Positions 34,760-44,335 of a DNA stretch of 64,000 nucleotides are shown here, one piece after another (position 1 is the stretch's first letter; the number at the start of each line of letters is the position of its first letter). This DNA comes from Escherichia coli phage NG_S8: sequence record LC788711.1; one strand, given 5' to 3'. The notes beneath the pieces were generated by a model. It saw nothing but the letters and a program-made list of their open reading frames with translations. It searched no databases and had not been told where the DNA came from. The translations under genes and the position numbers were made by a program.

Positions 34760-36578
34760 GACACTAAAATTCAGCAACGTTATGTCTTACGGTAAGGATA
34801 TTGTAATTCATTTCGATAAGAATCCAGTTACTCAGTTAATCGGAGGAAACGGTCTAGGGAAGTCCACTATTGCTACTGTTATTGAGGAATTGTTTTATAA
34901 CAAGAACTCACGTGGTATCAAGAAGGACGCCCTATTCTCTTGGGGTTCTCCGAAGAAAGAGTACGATATGCACGCTTACTTCTCGAAAGATGAAGATGAG
35001 TATGAGTTGCATAAAGTAGTTAAATCAACTGCTAAGGTTACACTGATTAAGAATGGAGAAGATATCAGTGGACACACAGCAACTCAAACGTATAAGATGA
35101 TTGAAGAGATTATGGGTGGTGACTTCCAAACATTCACTAAACTGATCTATCAATCTGTAGGTTCCAACCTAGACTTCCTCAAAGCAACTGATGCGACACG
35201 TAAAGCTTTTCTTGTTAATCTGTTCAATCAGGAACAGTATAAAGAGATGTCAGAAACTATTAAGGCTGATCGTAAAGAAGTGGCAAGTACGTTAAGTAAC
35301 TTGCAAGGCCAGATGGCCGTAATTACGAAGATCCTCAATGGAAAAGGTAATCTCGGAAGTTTACAAGAGCCAGTTGAAGTTCCAGAGTTTGATGAAGAAC
35401 CGTTAGCACAAGAACTTACTGAGTCGAAAATTAAGGCGGCATTAGCCAAATCACAAGAGGCTAATATTACTAAACTCCGTAATTTGGACAAAGCTGTACA
35501 AGTTGCCGAACAATCTTTCGAGCCTTTCAAAAATTTCCCTGCGCCCACTGACCAATCTGAAGAGATCTCAAGTGTTACGCGTGACCTAACGATTGTTACC
35601 TCACGTGCGGGAGAAGTCAAGAAACGTTATCAGAAGTTCAAGCAAGAGGCTTCAAATACTGAATGTCCTACTTGTGGCACTCATCTTGATACAACTGCTG
35701 CTCAAAAAGCAATGGATATGGCTAGAACAGAGTATGATCCTCTATTTAAAGAGAAGCAATCTCTTGAAGCTACGCTAGAGCAGTTGAAGAAAGAACAAGT
35801 CGAGTACACTGCGTATACTAGAGCTAAGGATGCTTTGGATAAGGCAATAGCAGCTAGGGACGAGTTCAAAAATTCAATGAGTGATGCTTCTTTTGAAGAA
35901 CTCAATGTGCAAATCCTACAGGTGCAAATCCGACAATTAGAACAGGAAATCGCAGATGGACGTTCTAAAGTTGCAATTGCCAAAGAGCATAATGCAAATG
36001 TCGAGTTAGCCAATGCAAAGTATAAAGCGAAACTAGAACAGATTGAGAAAGCTGAGGCAGAAATGTCTGAGATAACGTCCAAACTGGATGGAGTATCAGA
36101 AGCTGTCGCTGATCTTGATATTCTGATAGCTGCATTGAAAAATCTGGTAGGATATAAACTAGAGCATAGTGTGAAAGTATTTGAGGAATTGATTAATAAA
36201 TATCTTTCTATTATGACTGGTGGTAAGTTCGCACTTGGATTTGAGCTTGATGAAACTAAATTACAAGTAGTAATCTTCAATGATGGAAACCGTACCAGTA
36301 TGGAGAACTGCTCTACTGGTCAGCAGAGTAGAATTAACCTAGCAACTCTGTTGGCAATTCGAATGCTGTTAACATCTATCAGCAAAGTTAATATTAATCT
36401 TCTATTCCTTGACGAAGTTATTAGCTTTATTGATACGAAAGGACTTGATACTCTTGTTGAACTATTAAATGAGGAAGATAGTCTGAACTCTATCATTGTT
36501 TCTCATGGGCATACGCATCCATTAGCCCATAAGATTACTGTCAAAAAAGATGCAGAAGGATTTTCCTACTTAGAATAA
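34740..36578 (+). CDS. SbcC/Rad50-like ATPase (T5 D13-like)
   Basis: Walker A GGNGLGKST, long coiled-coil with CPTCG zinc hook, Walker B/D-loop LLFLDEVISFID; 612 aa. Confidence 0.9.
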   Translation: MSKIIIKTLKFSNVMSYGKDIVIHFDKNPVTQLIGGNGLGKSTIATVIEELFYNKNSRGIKKDALFSWGSPKKEYDMHAYFSKDEDEYELHKVVKSTAKVTLIKNGEDISGHTATQTYKMIEEIMGGDFQTFTKLIYQSVGSNLDFLKATDATRKAFLVNLFNQEQYKEMSETIKADRKEVASTLSNLQGQMAVITKILNGKGNLGSLQEPVEVPEFDEEPLAQELTESKIKAALAKSQEANITKLRNLDKAVQVAEQSFEPFKNFPAPTDQSEEISSVTRDLTIVTSRAGEVKKRYQKFKQEASNTECPTCGTHLDTTAAQKAMDMARTEYDPLFKEKQSLEATLEQLKKEQVEYTAYTRAKDALDKAIAARDEFKNSMSDASFEELNVQILQVQIRQLEQEIADGRSKVAIAKEHNANVELANAKYKAKLEQIEKAEAEMSEITSKLDGVSEAVADLDILIAALKNLVGYKLEHSVKVFEELINKYLSIMTGGKFALGFELDETKLQVVIFNDGNRTSMENCSTGQQSRINLATLLAIRMLLTSISKVNINLLFLDEVISFIDTKGLDTLVELLNEEDSLNSIIVSHGHTHPLAHKITVKKDAEGFSYLE

Positions 36579-36581
36579 AAC

Positions 36582-37064
36582 ATGGCCGTAGATAGTAGAG
36601 AGAAAGGTAAACGTGGTGAATATCAGGTAAGAGATATACTGCGTGAACGTACAGGTCTTGAGTGGGAACGTGTTCCAGGCTCTGGTGCTTTTGGCCAGAG
36701 CCATGGACTGAAGGGTGACATCTACCTTCCACCACAAAGCGGACACATTAGTAAATACTGCTTCGAAGTTAAGTGGTATAAAGATGATAACATATCAAGT
36801 AATTTATTTAACGTTGGTGAATCCACTCTAGAGAAGTGGTGGCAGCAGTGTTCCCGTGAAGGTGAACAGATGAACTCCAAACCAGCCTTAATATTCAAGA
36901 AAGACAGAGGACAGTGGTTAATTGCTTTGGATAGCTCAGACCCGATGGTTGACAACTTAATGAGTCGCACCCATATGGTATTAAATAAGAAAGACATGGA
37001 AATCGTAATCGGGTTATTCGAACCGTGGTTACATCACGCATCTGTTGAGGACTTAATTAAATAA
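36582..37064 (+). CDS. putative PD-(D/E)xK nuclease, possible Holliday-junction resolvase (T5 D14 position)
   Basis: 160 aa; GKRGEY...GDIY...FEVKW fits a D...E.K nuclease core. Confidence 0.45.
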   Translation: MAVDSREKGKRGEYQVRDILRERTGLEWERVPGSGAFGQSHGLKGDIYLPPQSGHISKYCFEVKWYKDDNISSNLFNVGESTLEKWWQQCSREGEQMNSKPALIFKKDRGQWLIALDSSDPMVDNLMSRTHMVLNKKDMEIVIGLFEPWLHHASVEDLIK

Positions 37065-37939
37065 TGAGTAAATCCTGGGGAAAATTTATTGAAGAGGAAG
37101 AAGCTGAGCTGGCTTCTCGTCGCAACCTAATGATTGTTGATGGAACTAACTTGGGCTTCCGCTTCAAACATAATAATAGTAAGAAACCTTTTGCTTCTAG
37201 TTATGTATCAACGATTCAATCTTTGGCGAAATCTTATTCTGCTAGAACTACAATTGTTCTTGGCGATAAAGGAAAGTCTGTATTCCGTTTAGAGCATCTT
37301 CCTGATTATAAGGGCAACCGTGATGAAAAGTATGCTCAACGTACAGAAGAAGAGAAAGCACTAGATGAACAGTTCTTTGAATACCTTCGTGATGCTTTCG
37401 AGTTGTGTGAAACCACATTCCCAACCTTCACTATTCGTGGCGTAGAAGCAGATGATATGGCAGCTTATATTGTTAAGCTCATTGGTCATTTATATGATCA
37501 CGTTTGGCTGATCTCTACTGATGGTGACTGGGATACTCTATTAACTGATCGAGTTTCTCGCTTCTCCTTCACCACACGTCGTGAGTACCATCTTCGTGAT
37601 ATGTATGAACATCATAACGTTGACGATGTAGATCAGTTTATCTCTTTGAAAGCAATTATGGGAGATCTCGGTGATAACATCCGTGGTGTTGAAGGCATCG
37701 GTGCAAAACGTGGTTATAATATTATCCGTGAATTTGGTAATGTTCTGGATATTATTGATCAACTCCCTCTGCCTGGGAAACAGAAATATATACAGAATCT
37801 GAACGCATCGGAGGAGTTGCTTTTCCGAAACTTGATTCTAGTTGATTTACCGACCTATTGTGTAGATGCTATTGCTGCTGTGGGTCAAGACGTATTAGAT
37901 AAGTTTACGAAAGATATTTTGGAGATCGCAGGACAATGA
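37064..37939 (+). CDS. flap endonuclease / 5'-3' exonuclease (T5 D15-like)
   Basis: 291 aa, the length I recall for T5 D15; N-terminal LMIVDGTNLGFRF motif; C-terminal H3TH region. Confidence 0.9.
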   Translation: MSKSWGKFIEEEEAELASRRNLMIVDGTNLGFRFKHNNSKKPFASSYVSTIQSLAKSYSARTTIVLGDKGKSVFRLEHLPDYKGNRDEKYAQRTEEEKALDEQFFEYLRDAFELCETTFPTFTIRGVEADDMAAYIVKLIGHLYDHVWLISTDGDWDTLLTDRVSRFSFTTRREYHLRDMYEHHNVDDVDQFISLKAIMGDLGDNIRGVEGIGAKRGYNIIREFGNVLDIIDQLPLPGKQKYIQNLNASEELLFRNLILVDLPTYCVDAIAAVGQDVLDKFTKDILEIAGQ

Positions 37940-38382
37940 TTAAAATTAAACTAACTCATCCAGATTGCATGCCGAAAATTGGTTCTGATGATGCCGCAGG
38001 TATGGATCTGCGTGCATTCTTTGGTACTAACCTTGCGGCAGATTTACGTGCTATTGCACCAGGCAAATCCCTTATGATCGACACCGGTGTCGCGGTGGAA
38101 ATTCCGCGAGGTTGGTTTGGTTTGGTAGTTCCTCGCAGCTCTTTAGGTAAGCGTAAACTGATGATCGCAAACACCGCAGGAGTGATCGACTCAGACTACC
38201 GTGGTACTATTAAGATGAACCTGTTTAACTACGGTTCTGAAATGCAAACTCTGGAGAATTTCGAGAGACTTTGTCAGCTAGTGGTACTACCACACTACTC
38301 AACCCATCATTTTGAAATCGTTGACGAACTAGAGGAGACTGATCGTGGAGAAGGCGGCTTTGGAAGCTCAGGAAGTAAGTAA
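37936..38382 (+). CDS. dut: dUTPase
   Basis: AAGMDL, VIDSDYRG, C-terminal GGFGSSG; 148 aa. Confidence 0.9.
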   Translation: MIKIKLTHPDCMPKIGSDDAAGMDLRAFFGTNLAADLRAIAPGKSLMIDTGVAVEIPRGWFGLVVPRSSLGKRKLMIANTAGVIDSDYRGTIKMNLFNYGSEMQTLENFERLCQLVVLPHYSTHHFEIVDELEETDRGEGGFGSSGSK

Positions 38383-38611
38383 TTTTGCTGATCCTAATAT
38401 GGTAGGGGTAGATGTAGACCAACCTAATTTTTGCAAGATTGATATTAAATACGTTGAACCTGAGAAAATAGTATTGAGGGTTGATGTATCTGGTGTAGTA
38501 GAACAGTGGGATGAAGAAGGATTTATCGCACTTTGCACTGAATCTCAAGATCATATGCTTAAAGCCATGCTAGCAGTATATAACTTAGGTAGTATTGCAG
38601 GTAGTAGATAA
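38345..38611 (+). CDS. hypothetical protein (start uncertain)
   Basis: 88 aa track ORF overlapping the dut 3' end; last plus-strand ORF before the convergent terminator. Confidence 0.35.
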   Translation: MEKAALEAQEVSNFADPNMVGVDVDQPNFCKIDIKYVEPEKIVLRVDVSGVVEQWDEEGFIALCTESQDHMLKAMLAVYNLGSIAGSR

Positions 38612-38618
38612 TAATAAA

Positions 38619-38650
38619 CCCCAGTGGACAATCCACTGGGGTTTTCTCTT
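38619..38650. terminator. bidirectional intrinsic terminator between convergent early and late transcription
   Basis: CCCCAGTGGA-CAA-TCCACTGGGG followed by TTTTCTCTT on the plus strand and by TTTATTATTAT on the minus strand. Confidence 0.8.
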
Positions 38651-38694
38651 ATTTAGTAAGGAGTTGTTTTACTAATTCCTTTATTTTATTAATC

Positions 38695-38710
38695 TTTTTT
38701 TTTTTTTTTT
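38695..38710. repeat. T16 homopolymer tract
   Basis: 16 consecutive T on the plus strand in the non-coding region. Confidence 0.95.
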
Positions 38711-38734
38711 GAGAGGATGCAAAACGAACCTCTT

Positions 38735-38762
38735 GCATTTTGCATTTTGCATTTTGCGTTTT
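38735..38762. repeat. tandem heptamer repeat (TGCATTT) x4, last copy degenerate
   Basis: TGCATTT TGCATTT TGCATTT TGCGTTT; an upstream ATGCAAAA forms an inverted repeat with the array. Confidence 0.9.
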
Positions 38763-38898
38763 CATATTGTACATAAGAACAGCCTAAGAATCAGCGAACT
38801 GTTAACATAGCAGAACACGCGTTGCGTTGCTAGGATAATCAATGTTCAGGCTTGTTTCGCAGCAATATTTTTCAGTGACAGATTGCACTCCACTTATA

Positions 38899-41850
38899 TT
38901 ACGGTAGTTCTGTAATTGTTGGAGCATTTCCGTTAAGCATTGATTTTACAAGATTTTTCAGTTCATATAACTCATTGCGTAATACGTTAATTTCCTCCTG
39001 TTGATTATCAATCTTTGCTTTTTGCTCTTTGAATGCGTTAACAAGAAGTGCGACAACACCATTATAGTTAATGCCTTTGATTGCCTCGCCTTTTGGGTCT
39101 AGCTGACCATCGTTATTCAAAGAATGAACCGCTTCCGGCAAAACCCTTTCAACATCTTGTGCGATCAATCCAGCCTCAATACTATAAACGCTGTTTTCAT
39201 CTTCAATTAGATTGTTGCGCTTGTAGTAAGTATAACCAGTTAGATAATCAATTTTGTCGGATGCCGTTTCGATCTCTTTTAGATGTGCTTTTAATCTAAT
39301 GTCAGACCTGCTAACCCAATTTGATGCGCTACCATTTCCAGCACTATCAAAAATAAATTCAGCGCCCTTAACATAAAGATGTGTTTCAGCGCCGCCAGAA
39401 GTCCACGGAACAACATCCATGCCAGCTATCCAATCTTTCCCCCAATAAACAGATTTAAATATGGCAACCGCAGAATCAAATCCAATGTGCTCAACAAGCA
39501 ATCCAGACGCACGACTACGCCAGTCGGCAAATGAACCACCCTCAACTTGACCAGCAATAAGAGCGTTTGGATCACCGCGCCTAACTCCATTTACATACAT
39601 ACCCCTTGCGTTATCATCAACATAAGATGATATGACCCTGTAAGTGTTTATTCCTGATGGAGTCCATGCAAATATTCTCGCTGAATCAGCAAACGCGCTT
39701 ATGTGACCATCACGATCCCATTTAAGACCTGAATCATAATCCCCAATTGCTATAGAGTAATCACCAAGAGCCGATTGAGCATCCGGACTTAATAACATCA
39801 ATTGCCTATCAGATCTTGCTATCCTGTACCATCCACCCCAAGAGCCAGCACTGCAAATGATACCCCATTTATTACCGTTCATTGTGGTTGCAACAATATT
39901 TCCATACTCAACATGACCGTTTGCATTTTTACCGTGAACATGCAATTCATACATCCACCAACCAGAGGCTTCAGGTGGTTGATATGTAACAAGTTCTCCA
40001 CTTGAGTAATAACCGCTTTCTGCGTATGTTGACATAAACCCAAGAATGTTTGAATTATCAGGAATAATAATTGCTTGACCACCAACAGGAGTATTTAAGT
40101 TCTTTCTTGCTCCAACTTCAGTATTAGATCCAGTGCCGCCAGCATCAATTGAAAGAGGAATCCATCTTCCAGTTTCATCAGTCCAAACACCCCACGCCGC
40201 ATCAGGTCTAATTGTGATTCGATAAGGTGAGTTACTCCCTGGTGCATACATCATAGTTTCTGTTTCTGTTTGCTTTAAACGATCAATGCCAAAGTTTATT
40301 TTTGCGCCCTCAACGTTTTCAGCACCAGTACCGCCAGCACCAATAGAAAGCGCAGATGTGCTGTTATTGTCATTACGCGCAACGCGCCATTCCCCATTGT
40401 TAGCGATCCGTAATTCATAAGTCCATGCAGGATTACGAAAAGAATTATAAGCGCCAGCATATTGATCTTTTACAGAATTAACAGCCTCAACTTTTAGCGC
40501 CTCCCTTGCAAGGTCTTTGTTTGCAAGATCATTAAGGTTCTGATCCTTCTTTAACGACGCTTGCATAACCTGTTCTGCTGATGCAGCCGCTGTCTCCGCT
40601 CTATCTGCTGCACTGGTGGCATTAGTAGCTTTCTCTCCTGCTATTGTAGCGCTACCAGCGGCCTCCAGGGCCTTGTCTGTTGCTGTCGTTGCAGCAGTAG
40701 TGGCGGTATTTTTAAATACCTCTGCTTCGTCTCTGTAGCCTTTGGTTGTGGTCATCGCTTGCGTAGCTGTATTCGCACTACCTGATGCACTTTGCTGAGC
40801 TAGCTTAGCAGCGTCTTCACTAGCTTTTGAGTTAATTTCACTAGTCTTTGTATTAGTTTCTGAGTTTTTTGCTGCTAATGCTGATGTGGAGGCTTGTGCA
40901 GCGAATGCTTCTGCTTCATCCCTGAATCCTTTGGAGTCAGAAGCAGAGGCAGCGGAATCAGCAGCATTAGTCTCACTAGTTTTTGTTGCTGCTGCATATG
41001 CTGCTGCATTAGTCTCACTAGTTTTTGCATTAGTCTCACTAGTTTTTGCATTAATCTCACTAGTTTTTGCTGCAGCTGATGATTCTATAGCAGTAGTTTC
41101 ACTAATTTTTGCTGCAGCTGATGATTCTGCAGCTTTAGTAGCGGATGCAGCAGATTGAGAAGCAGAAATAGCAGACTGAGAAGCAGAAGCTTCAGAAGCT
41201 TCAGCAGAAATAGCAGATTCATTCTCAGAATTCTTAGCATTAAGTTCTGAAGTCTTAGCAGCTATCTCGGAGTCTTTTGCAGTAGTAGCGTATTCTCCCG
41301 CCTCTGTAGCAGAACCAGCAGCAGCAATAGCCTGATTGGTAGACTCAGTAGCAGATGTAGCAGCATTTTGTTCAGAAGTAGCAGCAGCAGTCTTAGCAGC
41401 CTCAGCGTCCTTCTTAGCTTGTTCAGCTAATAGACGACTCTGTTCAGCATTTTGTGCAGCAAGTTCAGCAGAATCACGGAATCCTTTGGATTCCTCAGCT
41501 GACGTAGCAGAGGCATCAGCACTATCTTTAGATAAACCAGCTTGTCTCTCCGCTTCAGTAGCAGAAGCAGCAGATTGAGTTGCAGAAGTTTCTGAAGAGT
41601 TAGCGTAAATTGCAGCTAGGTTCTCCGAGTCCTTAGCATTTGTTTCAGATTCTTTTGCTGCAATTTCAGAATCTTTTGCTGCCGCAGCAGAAGCAGCAGA
41701 GGCCTCAACAGCCCCTGTTAGTTCACTAGCAGTAATAGAACTAATAGAAGTACCTAAAACTACCGTATACTTAGGATATTTACTAGCAGTAGTTGTAGTG
41801 TCATCTATGTTCAGAATCTGCTGTACAATAATTTTAGTTTTAAGTGCCAT
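38899..41850 (-). CDS. ltf: L-shaped (side) tail fibre with C-terminal intramolecular chaperone domain
   Basis: 983 aa; Ala/Ser/Thr-rich repetitive N-terminal shaft; C-terminal SDIRLKAHLKEIE...GLIAQDVERVLPEAV matches the auto-cleaving peptidase S74 chaperone domain. Confidence 0.85.
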   Translation of the reverse strand: MALKTKIIVQQILNIDDTTTTASKYPKYTVVLGTSISSITASELTGAVEASAASAAAAKDSEIAAKESETNAKDSENLAAIYANSSETSATQSAASATEAERQAGLSKDSADASATSAEESKGFRDSAELAAQNAEQSRLLAEQAKKDAEAAKTAAATSEQNAATSATESTNQAIAAAGSATEAGEYATTAKDSEIAAKTSELNAKNSENESAISAEASEASASQSAISASQSAASATKAAESSAAAKISETTAIESSAAAKTSEINAKTSETNAKTSETNAAAYAAATKTSETNAADSAASASDSKGFRDEAEAFAAQASTSALAAKNSETNTKTSEINSKASEDAAKLAQQSASGSANTATQAMTTTKGYRDEAEVFKNTATTAATTATDKALEAAGSATIAGEKATNATSAADRAETAAASAEQVMQASLKKDQNLNDLANKDLAREALKVEAVNSVKDQYAGAYNSFRNPAWTYELRIANNGEWRVARNDNNSTSALSIGAGGTGAENVEGAKINFGIDRLKQTETETMMYAPGSNSPYRITIRPDAAWGVWTDETGRWIPLSIDAGGTGSNTEVGARKNLNTPVGGQAIIIPDNSNILGFMSTYAESGYYSSGELVTYQPPEASGWWMYELHVHGKNANGHVEYGNIVATTMNGNKWGIICSAGSWGGWYRIARSDRQLMLLSPDAQSALGDYSIAIGDYDSGLKWDRDGHISAFADSARIFAWTPSGINTYRVISSYVDDNARGMYVNGVRRGDPNALIAGQVEGGSFADWRSRASGLLVEHIGFDSAVAIFKSVYWGKDWIAGMDVVPWTSGGAETHLYVKGAEFIFDSAGNGSASNWVSRSDIRLKAHLKEIETASDKIDYLTGYTYYKRNNLIEDENSVYSIEAGLIAQDVERVLPEAVHSLNNDGQLDPKGEAIKGINYNGVVALLVNAFKEQKAKIDNQQEEINVLRNELYELKNLVKSMLNGNAPTITELP
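41006..41068 (-). repeat. 3 tandem copies of a 21 bp unit inside ltf, plus a second 23 bp direct repeat at 41064-41086 and 41106-41128
   Basis: GCATTAGTCTCACTAGTTTTT x3 (third copy with one change); encodes TSETNAK heptad repeats. Confidence 0.9.
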
Positions 41851-42272
41851 TATTGAGTTACTCCATCGCTGATGTATACTTTACCTTCCATAATACGGAA
41901 AGAATTGACTTCAGAGCCAATTACATCACGAGTCATTAGGATATCATAATAACCAGCAAAACGTTGTCTTGGGTTATACTTATCACGTTCTTTAGATGCT
42001 TTTTCACCAATATTAGTAGTGTCTGCAATGGAAAGACTAATTGCAGCAGCACCTTGAGCAGCATCAATAACATGAGTTTTAAAATTAGCTAGAACCTCGG
42101 CGTTCTCATCTAAACTAGATTTAATAGTTCCTCTGAGTGAATACCCTGTCAAGTTAACAGGAAATTCTGTTGGCGGATATACGCTATCATCAACATCCAT
42201 AAATTGCATGATAAGACTATAAGGCACTTTCTCATCAACAACAATATCAATAACTCGGTTTTCTGTACTCAT
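41850..42272 (-). CDS. tail collar protein (T5 p132-like)
   Basis: 140 aa (T5 p132 is 140 aa as I recall), between ltf and pb4. Confidence 0.7.
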   Translation of the reverse strand: MSTENRVIDIVVDEKVPYSLIMQFMDVDDSVYPPTEFPVNLTGYSLRGTIKSSLDENAEVLANFKTHVIDAAQGAAAISLSIADTTNIGEKASKERDKYNPRQRFAGYYDILMTRDVIGSEVNSFRIMEGKVYISDGVTQ

Positions 42273-42277
42273 TATAA

Positions 42278-44335
42278 TTACCTTATATGGATATACCCAC
42301 TATTTAGGTCTATCTTCATCTTGTAGTATGCTTCAGGGTTTCCTGATAACGCAGCATTTCTATCATAGATTATATTAACACCTATTTGTGATAAGAAGGC
42401 ATTTCCTGCCACAATCTTATCAGCAGTTACAGTTCCATTAACAATCATGTTGCCATGAAGAACCATTGCAGGGTTAATCCATCCAGCCCCGTTCCATTGA
42501 CGGGTAAATGCTGTTTGTGGAGCATTACTGTTAAATTGTGTTAGAACATCGTATTTAACCGGAGGTTTTCCAAAGTTATTTTGAAAGAATGCGTTAGCTT
42601 GTCCATCATCCCAACCGCCTAATCCAGGAATACCCATGGAGTACATCCCAGGACCACGCTGTCCATCATGTCCTATAGTACCTTCAGTACCACTCCATTG
42701 AACCACATCAGACCAGCTAGTACCTTCAAGAAGTTTGTTAGTAACTGGATCAAGTGTACCTGTAGTCGCATAGATATTTTGTGTCATATCTGTACGATTA
42801 GGTGGAGTTTTTGACCAACCAGGAGGTGGATAATCTTGTTCTAACGGTTTGGCCGGTAAAGATGTTGCTAACTTATAAACAAATACTGTTTGCTTACCTT
42901 GTAAACCAGTTCCAATATCTACGTCACCATTTGGTGTTCCAATTACTACACCACTAGAAATACGCAGAGTAGTACCATCATAACGTATCCATTGTGTAGC
43001 ATTACCAATGTCTAACTTAGCTTTGGCAGAGGTATTATCCATACCCATCCAAATACCAGAGTTATTATCTCCCCAAGATTTACCTTGAGTATAAATTGCT
43101 GGATTATCTTTACCAGATAAGTTAGTCATGATAAAGTTCGCAGCATTAATATCTCTAGTAATTACTTTACCATCGACGTTAACAACACGATTTATAGGGT
43201 CGAAAGAAATAGGTGCTTTTCCTTCTTCATCTAGCAGACCAATGTTAATAGCACCAGTAGCTGCATCAATTAAGAATGTCTGTCTCCAGATTTCTCCATC
43301 TTTCATACTACCCTTAATAAAGGCATAGTTAACATCAATACCAGTCTCATTGACAAAACTATTATCTAGAGGAGTATCTTCATTCAATATAAATGTTACA
43401 GGAGCTGATTCTGTTATATCTTGCTTATTTGGTCCCCAGGCAATTGATGAAACCTTAAAGGTATGTTCAACTTTCCATGGGAATGATATAATCGTTGCAG
43501 CTCTAGCAGCACCCACGTTTATCTTTTGAGCTTTAGCCCATCCGGTTTTAGCGTATTCCTCGGAGTTTATATAAGTAACCAAGAACTCACGAACGTTAGC
43601 ACCAGCACCACGTTCCCATTCCCACTCAATTCTAACATCATATCGTTCTTTACCATCAGCAATTCGTGCAGCTTTAAAAACAATATCGATAGGTGCAGTA
43701 GGTGGAACAAAGTTATAAGCTACAGTTAGAATATTAGGAAACTCGTAGTATCCTGAAGAATCAACTGTAACACCATCAGGCATAGTTACTTGACCAGATA
43801 TTCTGATCTTATAGTCTCCGATAGGAACTCCACCAAATTTAATAGTAGAACCTAAAGCCCCAATATAATATTTAGTCCAAGGACTGTCTTCAGTGGCTGT
43901 ACTTTTTAACTCAATAGTACAGTAACTTGCTTCACCAGTTGTTTCCACAACAACTATCGGTGCGCCCACCCCAACATCCACAGGTTCTGACTCAGATCTT
44001 GCTGCGACAATTATTGGCTTCTCTTTTGTTTTAAAGTTAGTTTCATTAGAGAGGTTAATACCAATTTTTGCATTTAAAAGTTCTGAGTCAATAATCGAGT
44101 CATAAAAAGCTCCCTGAACCTGATAGGTAGTTGAGGGAGTTAAATTATTGATCATAACAAAGAAAGTGTCGATTCCAGTGAAATCTCTTCTATCCACTTC
44201 TTCGCCAAGTTTAAGCCAGAATGATCTACCGATAACATCGTAGTCGGTATAGATAGAATGCTGGATATACGCCATCGTATACCCAGTCATAATACTATTT
44301 AAGACCATCTTGGCTGGTGCATTATTCGAAATCAT
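42278..44335 (-). CDS. baseplate/central fibre protein (T5 pb4-like)
   Basis: 685 aa, synteny collar-pb4-pb3. Confidence 0.75.
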   Translation of the reverse strand: MISNNAPAKMVLNSIMTGYTMAYIQHSIYTDYDVIGRSFWLKLGEEVDRRDFTGIDTFFVMINNLTPSTTYQVQGAFYDSIIDSELLNAKIGINLSNETNFKTKEKPIIVAARSESEPVDVGVGAPIVVVETTGEASYCTIELKSTATEDSPWTKYYIGALGSTIKFGGVPIGDYKIRISGQVTMPDGVTVDSSGYYEFPNILTVAYNFVPPTAPIDIVFKAARIADGKERYDVRIEWEWERGAGANVREFLVTYINSEEYAKTGWAKAQKINVGAARAATIISFPWKVEHTFKVSSIAWGPNKQDITESAPVTFILNEDTPLDNSFVNETGIDVNYAFIKGSMKDGEIWRQTFLIDAATGAINIGLLDEEGKAPISFDPINRVVNVDGKVITRDINAANFIMTNLSGKDNPAIYTQGKSWGDNNSGIWMGMDNTSAKAKLDIGNATQWIRYDGTTLRISSGVVIGTPNGDVDIGTGLQGKQTVFVYKLATSLPAKPLEQDYPPPGWSKTPPNRTDMTQNIYATTGTLDPVTNKLLEGTSWSDVVQWSGTEGTIGHDGQRGPGMYSMGIPGLGGWDDGQANAFFQNNFGKPPVKYDVLTQFNSNAPQTAFTRQWNGAGWINPAMVLHGNMIVNGTVTADKIVAGNAFLSQIGVNIIYDRNAALSGNPEAYYKMKIDLNSGYIHIR

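Noticed and set aside
38735-38762. Possible CRISPR-like array
   Set aside because: Units are 7 bp with no spacers; this is a simple tandem repeat, and no cas genes are present.
40875-41578. Several short ORFs on both strands inside the ltf repetitive region
   Set aside because: Artefacts of the Ala/Ser/Thr-codon repeats of the fibre shaft, which keep alternative frames open.
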